This document shows positions 1-7,885 of a DNA stretch of 15,974 bases, piece by piece. The translations under genes were made by a program, and so were the position numbers. Source of the stretch: Candidatus Iainarchaeum sp. Its GTDB lineage: Archaea > Iainarchaeota > Iainarchaeia > Iainarchaeales > GCA-2688035. Position 1 is the first letter of the stretch; the number at the start of each line of letters is the position of its first letter. The stretch covers positions 1 to 15,974 of the forward strand of contig JAFCCO010000023.1 of NCBI GenBank assembly GCA_017610175.1. Direction: 5' to 3'. A model generated the notes under the pieces. The model was not told where the DNA came from. It saw only the letters and a list, made by a program, of their open reading frames with translations, and ran no database searches.

Positions 1-2270
1 TTCATTGCATTGTTGTCGTCAATTTCCATTACATTAACGTCTGGTTGTCTGCTGTAAGTAATTGTTGCGCTTGCAAACTTCGCAAATACAGGTCTTGAAT
101 TTCCACCAATATACGGGTTCCAAGACTGTGTGTTTGTGTCAAAGTTCACCCTGTATTGAAAATAGCGGTTCAAGTCATTGTTGATTGCTTTTGTTCCCGC
201 ACCCGCATAGCCTGTTGTCCAACCCGTATTGGTGCAGGTGGCAGTACCGCATGTTCGATAATCAACCGTAAGCGTGTTGTTCACATCAACCGTTTCAGTC
301 CACGCAAGCTGCTCCCAACGAGAGGTCAGGTTTGAGTCAAACACTGGGCTGTAGTAATTGGAGGTCATCCAGGAATTGTAGTCTGCGGCAATTTCTGCGG
401 CGTTTAACAACCTGTTGTAAACCTTCACTTCATCTATAAGTCCATTGAACGGACCGCCTGCAAGGGTGACGGATTCACTGAGAGTAAAGCTTCCGTCCCC
501 TATTCTAAAAACATAATTGTTCCCAAATCCTGTTGCGTTGCCGCCGCTTGCTTTTTGTATCCCGTCAATATACAAGGTGGTTGTACTCTGTCCAGTCCCT
601 ATATACGTGTTGCAGGCTGTAACCTGATGCCACTTGCCGTCTGCCACATTCTGCCCCGAATCTATTGTAGCGAGTCCTGGACTTCCATCCCCTGTGAAAA
701 ATTTAAAGCTTCCCGAGTCAAGCGCCATCTGCCATCCTGCAAACGTAGTCAAATTCGGACCACCTATAAAACCGTGCCGCCAGTCTCCCACAATTGTTTG
801 GTAGCCAGTTGAATCGCTTGTTTTTATCCAGGCAATTATACAAAATTCGTCACTGTAATTAAAACTGCCTTTTAGCCCTTCAACGTTGACATAATCATTC
901 ACTCCATCCAAAAACAACGCATTGCTGTCCCACATTCCGTAGGCCTTTATGTCTGCCCCGTTTACGAGCGAGCCTGCTTCGCTCATGTTCCCAAGCACCC
1001 TTAGGTTTCTCACGAGGGAATAGTCATAGCCCAGGACTGTGGTGTCTTTGATCCAGAGTTCAACTGTGTCCCCTTTGCTCCAACCTGTTATGTCGTCTGT
1101 AAATGTGTTATAGGTTCCGCCGCCCCTTCGCTGTTCGGTTCCAACCGGGCTTCCGTTCCTGTAAATTCTGTTAAATGCATCGCCTGTGCCTGTGCCAATA
1201 AATTGTTTATGGTCAAAGCTTATTCGCAGGGTTGTTCTGGATTTAATCGGCTGGGTTATTGCAAACTCTTTGAGTTTTACATAAGTGTCACTTGTTGTCC
1301 CAAGAGTTGCTTCAGCATCGCTGCTCAAAAGAATGTCATTCCCAATAACGTATTCGTCAACCTGGTTCCACACTCCGTTTCCGCTTGAGTTTGTGTCGTT
1401 GAAGTTGTAGTATGCAACCAGCCCGTTTCCATCCAAATTGCGGGCGTACTCGTTTGCGATTTCTGTTGGGTTGAGTAGGCGGTTGAAGATTTTGACTTCG
1501 GCAACCTGGCCAGGGAATGCAGCCTCCCAGGTACCGTTAAGATGGCCTATTTGCCATTGGTTGCTTGAAGTGTTAAAACTTGTAGATAACCCTATGCCGT
1601 CTTGCGCTCCGTTTATGTAAATTACAATTGCCCCTTGATTGAATGTAACTACGTAATGGTACCAGGTGTTGGCTTGGAGGGCTGAGCTACTGGCCCGCCT
1701 GCTTGGAACATTATTAATTTCGTACACCCCGAATTTACCGTCACTTTCAATTGCAAATAAAATTCCTTGATTTGAACCGTCTGTGCCAAAAAGCTCATAG
1801 TCGGCATTAAAATTGTTGACCTTAAACCAGCCGGTGAAGGTGTAAACATTGTTTTCGCTAAATGCAAGTGGAGAGCCTCCAGAATAACTGATGCTAACTA
1901 GGTCGTTTGCCCCGTCAAACACTCCTGCGTTCTGGTCAAAGAACCAACTGCCTGTGCTGTCTGCACCACTATCCCAACTTCCATTGTTTCCCTGCCCGCT
2001 CAAGTCAACTGCCACGCCCCCGGAGTCTGTGTCAAGTTTCCAGTACCCTATCAAGCCGCCAGCTGGCAAAGCAGCAGAGGGAAGTTGGATTTCACCACTT
2101 GGCATTACAGTTCCGTCTGCAAGAACCTTAACATAATTCAAATCGTATGCCGTTCCTGAATTAAAGTCAGCCGCGGTTGTGGTTGTCCACGAGGGAGCGT
2201 GCACAGGCAAAGCTAGGGCAATAATCAGGGCAGCAGCTAAAACAATTTTTGCAAGCATTTGAAACCTCAT
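1..2270 (-). CDS. Large secreted/surface protein with two LamG (concanavalin A-like jelly-roll) domains; 3'-partial, at least 756 aa
   Basis: Hand-translated: frame open from ATG at 2270 to the window edge, so it has no stop and is missing from the ORF track. Signal peptide MRFQMLAKIVLAAALIIALALPVHA. LamG motifs LIGYWKLD...FDGAND...WYHYVVTF...IYINGAQ...FPGQVAEVKIFNRLL and LVAYYNFND...LDGVNDYV...DGKWHQVT...LYIDG...FNGLIDEVKVYNRLLNAAEI. Confidence 0.9.
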   Translation of the reverse strand, partial: MRFQMLAKIVLAAALIIALALPVHAPSWTTTTAADFNSGTAYDLNYVKVLADGTVMPSGEIQLPSAALPAGGLIGYWKLDTDSGGVAVDLSGQGNNGSWDSGADSTGSWFFDQNAGVFDGANDLVSISYSGGSPLAFSENNVYTFTGWFKVNNFNADYELFGTDGSNQGILFAIESDGKFGVYEINNVPSRRASSSALQANTWYHYVVTFNQGAIVIYINGAQDGIGLSTSFNTSSNQWQIGHLNGTWEAAFPGQVAEVKIFNRLLNPTEIANEYARNLDGNGLVAYYNFNDTNSSGNGVWNQVDEYVIGNDILLSSDAEATLGTTSDTYVKLKEFAITQPIKSRTTLRISFDHKQFIGTGTGDAFNRIYRNGSPVGTEQRRGGGTYNTFTDDITGWSKGDTVELWIKDTTVLGYDYSLVRNLRVLGNMSEAGSLVNGADIKAYGMWDSNALFLDGVNDYVNVEGLKGSFNYSDEFCIIAWIKTSDSTGYQTIVGDWRHGFIGGPNLTTFAGWQMALDSGSFKFFTGDGSPGLATIDSGQNVADGKWHQVTACNTYIGTGQSTTTLYIDGIQKASGGNATGFGNNYVFRIGDGSFTLSESVTLAGGPFNGLIDEVKVYNRLLNAAEIAADYNSWMTSNYYSPVFDSNLTSRWEQLAWTETVDVNNTLTVDYRTCGTATCTNTGWTTGYAGAGTKAINNDLNRYFQYRVNFDTNTQSWNPYIGGNSRPVFAKFASATITYSRQPDVNVMEIDDNNAM

Positions 2271-2297
2271 TTCAATCCTTTAGCATTTAGTCCTTTA

Positions 2298-2315
2298 ATA
2301 TATAAAAAGGTTTTC
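2298..2315 (-). promoter_or_regulatory. Putative BRE/TATA promoter of the LamG gene
   Basis: Minus strand reads GAAAACC-TTTTTATATAT about 30 nt upstream of ATG 2270. Confidence 0.55.
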
Positions 2316-2371
2316 AGGAGAGGGGGAGCGGTATTAAATGATTTTGGATTAAATCTTTTCAGGCGATAAAA

Positions 2372-2956
2372 GTGATTGTGACAATTTCGGGTTATCCGGG
2401 AAGCGGGAAGAGCACGCTTGCAAAAGCGATTGCGGAGGAGCTTGGCTACAGAAGGCACAATGCCGGCGAATTAATCAGGCAAATCTCCAAGGAAAAGGGC
2501 CTGAACCTTATTGAGACCCACAGGGAGATGGAGAAGGATTTGAACATTGACCGGGAGCTTGACAAGAGGACAAAGGAACTCGGGGAAAAAGAGGACAATT
2601 TTGTGATGGAGGGAAGGCTTGCATGGTACTTTATCCCGCAGTCCATCAAAATTTTTGTGAAAATTGACCTGGATGAGGCCGCAAAAAGGGTGTTTGAGGA
2701 CACAAAGGCCGGAAAGGAAGAGCGGGCGCAGGAAAGCGAAAATGTGACCCACGAGCAGACAATTGAGAACATGCGGCAGAGAATGGAAAGCAACAAAATG
2801 CGCTACGAAAAGCTTTACAAGGTGAATTACCTGAACGAGGAAAACTATGATATTGTGGCGGATACCACAAAAGCGGGCATGGAAGAAACAAAGGAAAAGG
2901 TTTTAAATCAGATAAAACAATACTTAAGCAAAGAAAAGCAACCAAAGGTGATTTGA
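2372..2956 (+). CDS. cmk: Cytidylate kinase, archaeal type
   Basis: N-terminal P-loop ITISGYPGSGKST-like (VTISGYPGSGKST), plus AGELIR, IDRELD, VMEGRLA and RYEKLY...YD motifs; GTG start. Confidence 0.9.
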   Translation: MIVTISGYPGSGKSTLAKAIAEELGYRRHNAGELIRQISKEKGLNLIETHREMEKDLNIDRELDKRTKELGEKEDNFVMEGRLAWYFIPQSIKIFVKIDLDEAAKRVFEDTKAGKEERAQESENVTHEQTIENMRQRMESNKMRYEKLYKVNYLNEENYDIVADTTKAGMEETKEKVLNQIKQYLSKEKQPKVI

Positions 2957-2957
2957 A

Positions 2958-3662
2958 TTGGAAAGGGTTAAAACAGGAATTAAGGGATTAGATGCATTGC
3001 TTACAGGGGGAATCCCGCAGGGAAGCAGTGTACTGATCTCAGGCGGAGCCGGAACATGCAAAACAATTTTTAGCATGCAGTACATTTACAACGGGGCAAA
3101 GGACATGCAGGAACCAGGGCTTTTTGTAACTGTTGAAAGCAACGCAAAAAACATCATGTGGAACATGGAGAGCTTCAACTGGGACATTAGAAAGCTGCAG
3201 GACAACAAGCTAATGAACATTTATAGGCTGAAACTCAACTCGGATGAAGAGGCCAATAAGCAAATTGAAACAGAGCTTGGAATTATAAGGGACCAGGTAA
3301 AGGACATTAACGCCCAAAGGCTTGTGATTGACTCAACAACTGCTTTAGGGGTTCTTATGAGCCGGCCTGAAGCAATCAGGAACACTTTGTTCAAGTTTGT
3401 TGACGCACTAAAGGATTTGAACTGCACAACAATCCTAACGACTGAAACGGAAATTTTGAAAACCAAATTCAGTGCATTTGGAGTGGAGGAATTTGTGGTT
3501 GACGGAGTGATTGCATTGTACTTTACGCCGCCGCACAGAAGCATTTTCATCAGAAAAATGCGCGGAACGGCACACGACAAAAACGTGCACCCGTTTGACA
3601 TCACAAAAGAGGGAATTGTCGTAAAATCCAAAGAACAGGTTCTCTGGGAAGCAATAAAGTAA
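2958..3662 (+). CDS. Single-domain KaiC/RAD55-like RecA-superfamily ATPase
   Basis: RVKTGIKGLDALLTGGIP N-terminus, Walker A variant GGAGTCKT, Walker B LVIDS, GVEEFVVDGVI and IRKMRGT. TTG start preceded by AGGTGA; 1 nt after the cmk stop. Confidence 0.9.
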   Translation: MERVKTGIKGLDALLTGGIPQGSSVLISGGAGTCKTIFSMQYIYNGAKDMQEPGLFVTVESNAKNIMWNMESFNWDIRKLQDNKLMNIYRLKLNSDEEANKQIETELGIIRDQVKDINAQRLVIDSTTALGVLMSRPEAIRNTLFKFVDALKDLNCTTILTTETEILKTKFSAFGVEEFVVDGVIALYFTPPHRSIFIRKMRGTAHDKNVHPFDITKEGIVVKSKEQVLWEAIK

Positions 3663-3664
3663 TT

Positions 3665-3719
3665 GAATTTTTTTCAACGGGGGCATTTGCCCCCGCAAAT
3701 TCTATTTTTTAAAAAAAAA
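3665..3719. terminator. Probable bidirectional terminator between the convergent ATPase and histone genes
   Basis: Inverted repeat CGGGGGCA-TT-TGCCCCCG (3678-3695), T-runs on the + strand (3668-3674, 3705-3710) and an A9 run (T9 on the minus strand, 3711-3719) just after the histone stop. Confidence 0.6.
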
Positions 3720-3724
3720 GAGAT

Positions 3725-3934
3725 TTAGCGCAGGGTCTTCATAGCAAGCTTAATGTCTGCGCCTGTAACTGTCTTTCTGTTGGCATGTTTTGCAAGCTCA
3801 GTTGCCTGCTGCCCGATTTTAATTCCATACTCCTCAAGAACGTCTGCAAGGGCTGCAGCCGCCTCCTCGCTGACACGAGCGCCTCCGGCCTTTCTTATAA
3901 TCCTGTCAACAGCCGCTAACGGTAATTCACCCAT
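3725..3934 (-). CDS. Archaeal histone, HMf family, 69 aa
   Basis: MGELPLAAVDRIIRKAGGARVSEEAA...AKHANRKTVTGADIKLA. Start reassigned to ATG 3934, which has a GGAGGTG Shine-Dalgarno at 3949-3943. Confidence 0.96.
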   Translation of the reverse strand: MGELPLAAVDRIIRKAGGARVSEEAAAALADVLEEYGIKIGQQATELAKHANRKTVTGADIKLAMKTLR

Positions 3935-4054
3935 TTTCAAAGCACCTCCGCTTAAATAAAGCACAATAAAAGGTTCTTTTAAAAGAATATAAAACAACAT
4001 GCCCTTTTGCCCGAAAAAAACGAATTTAAGGGGATTTTGAAGGGATTTTGCGGG

Positions 4055-4069
4055 AAAAAAGCTTTAAAT
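4055..4069 (+). promoter_or_regulatory. Putative BRE/TATA promoter of the hef operon
   Basis: AAAAAAGC-TTTAAAT about 40 nt upstream of the start. Confidence 0.5.
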
Positions 4070-4105
4070 TGAGTTAAACACTAACTAATCTGAAAAAGGG
4101 ATTTG

Positions 4106-5698
4106 ATGGAAAAATTTGTAAAACACCCGCTGATTAAGGACGGCGCAATTGAGGAAAGGGAGTACCAGGAGTCGCTAAGCAAAGCGGTTTTTGAGAAGGG
4201 AAACACCCTTGTTGTGGCGCCAACAGCGCTTGGAAAAACAATAATTGCAATAACACTTGGAGCAAAGCTTGTTGAAAAAGGCGGCAAAATACTGTTTCTT
4301 GCCCCAACCAAGCCGCTCGCCGAACAGCACAGAAAAAGCTTCCTCAAAAAAACAATCATTCCAAAAGAGAAAATCGTTCTGCTGACGGGTTCCGTTGACC
4401 GCAAGGAACGGGCAAGGCTTTTTGCGGAGGCAACGGTTGTAACCGCAACCCCGCAAACCATCAGAAACGACTTAAGGCGAAAAACAATCAGCATGAGTGA
4501 CGTGAAACTCTGCATCTTCGACGAGGCGCACAGGGCAATCGGGGAATACAGCTACGTGGAAATTGCGCACAAGTATGTGAAGCAGGCGAAGAAGCCTCTG
4601 GTGCTTGCACTGACCGCCTCCCCGGGAAGCGAGGCCGAAAAAATTAAGCAAGTGTGCAAAAATCTCTTCATCAAAAACATTGAGGTAAAGAGCCATGAGG
4701 ACGAGGACGTAAAGCCCTATGTGAAGGAAATTGAGTCCGACTGGGTGAAGGTGAAACTTCCCGCAGACTTTCTGAGGGCAAAGAACCTGCTTGAAAAGTT
4801 TTCCGCAGAACAAGCAGTATTTTTGAGAAAAATTGGGCTTGCCCCAACCGCAACAGTAACCTACTTTAGCAAGCGAAGGCAGCTTGAGCTGCAGGAAAAA
4901 ATTCGCGGGCAAATCAAAAGCAGGGGAAGGCAAAGGCCATACCTCTACACCGCGGCGTCAAAGCTTGCGGCAATGATGAAGTCCTCGCACGCAATACTCC
5001 TCCTTGAAACACAGGGAATCAGCGCACTCCAGGACTACCTGGACAGGACGAAAGCGGAATCAACAAAGGCAAAGGCCTCAAAGGCACTGAAGGCATTTAT
5101 GAAAAGCCCGCACGTTATGGAGGCATTTAAAATTATCGAAAAGCTTGAAGCACAGGGAATAGAGCACCCAAAGCTAAAGGCGCTCGGGGAAATTCTGCTC
5201 AGCCAATTCAAAGAAAACAAGGACAGCCGCGCAATAGTTTTCAACCACTACAGAAGCAGCATAAAGAAAGTGACAGAATACCTTGGGGAAATTCCCGGAC
5301 TAAGGCCAACAAGGTTCATCGGGCAGGCGGCGCGCGGAAAGGAAAAGGGAATGAGCCAGAAAGAGCAGATTCAGGTAATTCAGGAATTAAGGGAAGGCAA
5401 ATACAATTGCCTTGTTGCAAGCAGTGTTGCAGAGGAAGGGCTTGACATTCCGGCGGTTGATTTGGTTGTGTTCTACGAACCTGTTCCAAGCGAAATAAGA
5501 ATGATTCAAAGAAGGGGCAGGACGGGAAGGCTTTCAAAGGGAAAGGTAATAATTTTAATGGCCGAAAAAACAAGGGACGAGGCGTTTTACTGGACCGCGC
5601 AAAGCAAGGAAAAGAAAATGAAGAAAACTCTCCACAAAATGAAAAAGGACGGAATTCCAAGGGAAAAGCAAACCACGCTCGGAGGCTGGGGTGAATGA
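4106..5698 (+). CDS. hef: Hef/FANCM/Mph1-family SF2 helicase (helicase part only)
   Basis: IEEREYQ Q-motif, APTALGKT, LAPTKPLAEQH, DEAH, LTASPG, HPKL, SVAEEGLDIP, FYEPVPSEIRMIQRRGRTGR. ATG 4106 chosen; in-frame TTG at 4103 is the alternative. Confidence 0.93.
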   Translation: MEKFVKHPLIKDGAIEEREYQESLSKAVFEKGNTLVVAPTALGKTIIAITLGAKLVEKGGKILFLAPTKPLAEQHRKSFLKKTIIPKEKIVLLTGSVDRKERARLFAEATVVTATPQTIRNDLRRKTISMSDVKLCIFDEAHRAIGEYSYVEIAHKYVKQAKKPLVLALTASPGSEAEKIKQVCKNLFIKNIEVKSHEDEDVKPYVKEIESDWVKVKLPADFLRAKNLLEKFSAEQAVFLRKIGLAPTATVTYFSKRRQLELQEKIRGQIKSRGRQRPYLYTAASKLAAMMKSSHAILLLETQGISALQDYLDRTKAESTKAKASKALKAFMKSPHVMEAFKIIEKLEAQGIEHPKLKALGEILLSQFKENKDSRAIVFNHYRSSIKKVTEYLGEIPGLRPTRFIGQAARGKEKGMSQKEQIQVIQELREGKYNCLVASSVAEEGLDIPAVDLVVFYEPVPSEIRMIQRRGRTGRLSKGKVIILMAEKTRDEAFYWTAQSKEKKMKKTLHKMKKDGIPREKQTTLGGWGE

Positions 5699-6399
5699 TA
5701 AAAAAGCTTGCAAAACAATCAACGCTTGCAAAGAAAGGCAAGAAAGACGAGATAATAATCTACGTTGACACAAGGGAACAGAACTCCGCAATTGCCGAAA
5801 AGCTTAAGGCGCGCGGCGTGAACGTAAAGGTCAAAATGCTTGACGTTGGAGACTACGTGCTCAGCGATTCGGTTGTTGTTGAAAGGAAAACAATCTCCGA
5901 CTTTCTGCAAAGCATTATAGACGGGCGATTGTTTGAACAAATTACAAGCATGAAAAGCAATTACGAAAAGCCCCTGCTTTTAATTGAAGGGGACTTTCAG
6001 CAAATTTACACTTTGAGAAACATCCACAAAAACAGCATAATAGGAGCGCTCACATCCGCCGCACTGAACTACGGAGTGCCCGTGCTGTTCACAGCATACC
6101 CAAGGGAAACGGTTGACTTTTTGCACAACATCGCAAAAAGGGAGCAGTTTGGAAAGGACAAGGACATAAGGCTTAGAATCGGGCGAAAGAAAATGACCCC
6201 CTCAGAGCAGCAAAGGTTTGTGGTTGAGTCACTTCCATTCATAGGGCCAAAGCTTGCACGCTCGCTGCTCAACGAATTTGGAAGCGTTAAGGAAATTGTG
6301 AACGCAACCCCCAAAGAACTCCAAAAAGTTGAAAAAATGGGTGAGAAAAAGGCAAAGCAAATAAGGAAAGTGCTTGACTCACAATACAAAGAGGACTAG
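5695..6399 (+). CDS. ERCC4/XPF-family nuclease with C-terminal HhH motifs (Hef nuclease part)
   Basis: VDTRE, GDY, VERKT..DF, SIIDGRLFEQ and LLIEG motifs; HhH motifs LPFIGPKLA and VEKMGEKKA. ATGA overlap with the helicase. Confidence 0.93.
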   Translation: MIKKLAKQSTLAKKGKKDEIIIYVDTREQNSAIAEKLKARGVNVKVKMLDVGDYVLSDSVVVERKTISDFLQSIIDGRLFEQITSMKSNYEKPLLLIEGDFQQIYTLRNIHKNSIIGALTSAALNYGVPVLFTAYPRETVDFLHNIAKREQFGKDKDIRLRIGRKKMTPSEQQRFVVESLPFIGPKLARSLLNEFGSVKEIVNATPKELQKVEKMGEKKAKQIRKVLDSQYKED

Positions 6400-7784
6400 G
6401 CAAACTCAAGAATTCTGGCGAAATCGCTTGAGTAAACCGTTGAAATGAAATTGCAGTCGGCCTCAAGCAAACCCGTTTGGAAAGCAATTGAAGAAATCGA
6501 ATTCCTGTTGAGGTAGTAATAATCAAAACCCCACTTTTCCTGCTCAGATTTAAGCCTGTTGCAGTCCGCGGTCAGCGGAATTACGGACATTGACTTATTG
6601 CGCTCGTCAAGCTCCGGCGCAAACTCAAAATAGCCGTCCATCACAATCTGCCTTTTTGAAAGATAGGTTAGAGGGTGCCCCACGTCCCAGCGCGAAGCAA
6701 TAACAGAGTCCTCAGGGGTATTCTGCAGCCAAGCCAATGCCTCCCGCTCGGGAATTGGGGTAAACCAACCTGTTGAGTTTGCCTCACTGTAAATTACCAC
6801 TGTTGAAAGAACGAAGAGCAGTGCAAAAACTACCGGGGCGAACTTTCTTGTTTTCTCAAAAACAAAGCCGAACCCAAAAGAGGCAATTATTGCGACCGGA
6901 ACCGAGAGGAAAATCGCAAGGCGCAGGGAGAACGCGGCGTAGAGAAGGGAGAAGACAAACCATGCAACGAGGAACATGTGCTCCCTTGGCTTTATCTTTG
7001 CGATTCCAACCAAAAGGAAAAGCCATGAGAACGTGAAAAAAGTAAAAATGCTTAACAATAGGGGCTTTGCGTTCTCCGCGGAGTCAAGGGAGATTGCTGA
7101 AACATATTCCATCGGAGAATACGGGAGGGTGTAAAGCCAGATTAGCCACACAAGGGTTCCAATCAAAATTAACAAAAGGATTTTTCTGAACTCAAAATCA
7201 ATTCGCTTAACCCTTGCAGTAACCATCCAGGCAACAAGGAAAAGGAAAAGATACATTGTGGAAAGGGGATGCAGGAGCGCAAGTCCTGCGGTTAGAAGAT
7301 AAGCCGGCTTGAATTGCCTGATGTAAATTAGAAAAACAATTGTTGGAACAATTAAGAGCGCAAGGGAGTCGGGCCTTGCGTATGACGCGGTTCGCATCAG
7401 GTGAAGGGGCATTAATGAAATTGCAAGTGCCGCAAAGAGGGCAATGGAATCGCTTTTGAACGCACGTTTTGCAAATGCAAAAGCCAAGAGTGCGGCAAAG
7501 GCGCCGTAGATTGCGGGAAAAATTGGCGTAAGCTTAATCACACTTATCCCTGAGGCAATTGAGAAAACAGCAATAATTGAGTGGAAAAGTGGAGCGTAAC
7601 TGTAGAACCTTCCCTGCATTGACAATTCATCGTAGGTTGGAACCGCCTGTTCCTCCACAATCGATTCCGCCATGCGCGCATGAAACCAGGGGTCGGGTCC
7701 GGTCATGGAATCAATTGCCAGGGGAAACGCCCTCAGCAAAAAGGCAAAAACAAAGATTAACAAAAGTGTTTTAGGAAAACCCAT
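6396..7784 (-). CDS. Short STT3/AglB-like (GT-C fold) polytopic membrane glycosyltransferase, 462 aa
   Basis: Many hydrophobic segments, GPDPWFHAR loop motif, SAENAKP (TIAE-like), and soluble C-terminal domain ALAWLQNTPEDSVIASRWDVGH (WWDYG-like). Confidence 0.75.
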   Translation of the reverse strand: MGFPKTLLLIFVFAFLLRAFPLAIDSMTGPDPWFHARMAESIVEEQAVPTYDELSMQGRFYSYAPLFHSIIAVFSIASGISVIKLTPIFPAIYGAFAALLAFAFAKRAFKSDSIALFAALAISLMPLHLMRTASYARPDSLALLIVPTIVFLIYIRQFKPAYLLTAGLALLHPLSTMYLFLFLVAWMVTARVKRIDFEFRKILLLILIGTLVWLIWLYTLPYSPMEYVSAISLDSAENAKPLLLSIFTFFTFSWLFLLVGIAKIKPREHMFLVAWFVFSLLYAAFSLRLAIFLSVPVAIIASFGFGFVFEKTRKFAPVVFALLFVLSTVVIYSEANSTGWFTPIPEREALAWLQNTPEDSVIASRWDVGHPLTYLSKRQIVMDGYFEFAPELDERNKSMSVIPLTADCNRLKSEQEKWGFDYYYLNRNSISSIAFQTGLLEADCNFISTVYSSDFARILEFA

Positions 7785-7848
7785 TCAAAAACCAACCCAC
7801 TAATAATAGGGCTAAAGCGTTTTAATAACCTTTTTGAGGCAAAACAGG

Positions 7849-7861
7849 CAAACGCTTAAAA
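7849..7861 (+). promoter_or_regulatory. Putative BRE/TATA promoter for a probably leaderless GH130 transcript
   Basis: CAAACGC-TTAAAA about 25-30 nt upstream of ATG 7886; no Shine-Dalgarno evident. Confidence 0.4.
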
Positions 7862-7885
7862 GCAGTAAAACCATATTATTAGCCA

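Noticed and set aside
555-2136. Short tracked ORFs over the left 2.2 kb
   Set aside because: Antisense or off-frame shadows of the long minus-strand LamG gene.
3974-3987. Perfect 14-bp palindrome TTCTTTTAAAAGAA upstream of the histone
   Set aside because: AT-rich and centred on a TATA-like element; cannot be distinguished from chance.
3935-4000. 22-aa N-terminal extension ('tail') on the histone in the tracked ORF
   Set aside because: A strong GGAGGTG Shine-Dalgarno precedes ATG 3934, and the extension spans AT-rich promoter sequence.
4031-4050. Tandem GGGATTTTG repeat upstream of the hef promoter
   Set aside because: Only two 9-bp copies plus one partial; too short to call a binding site.
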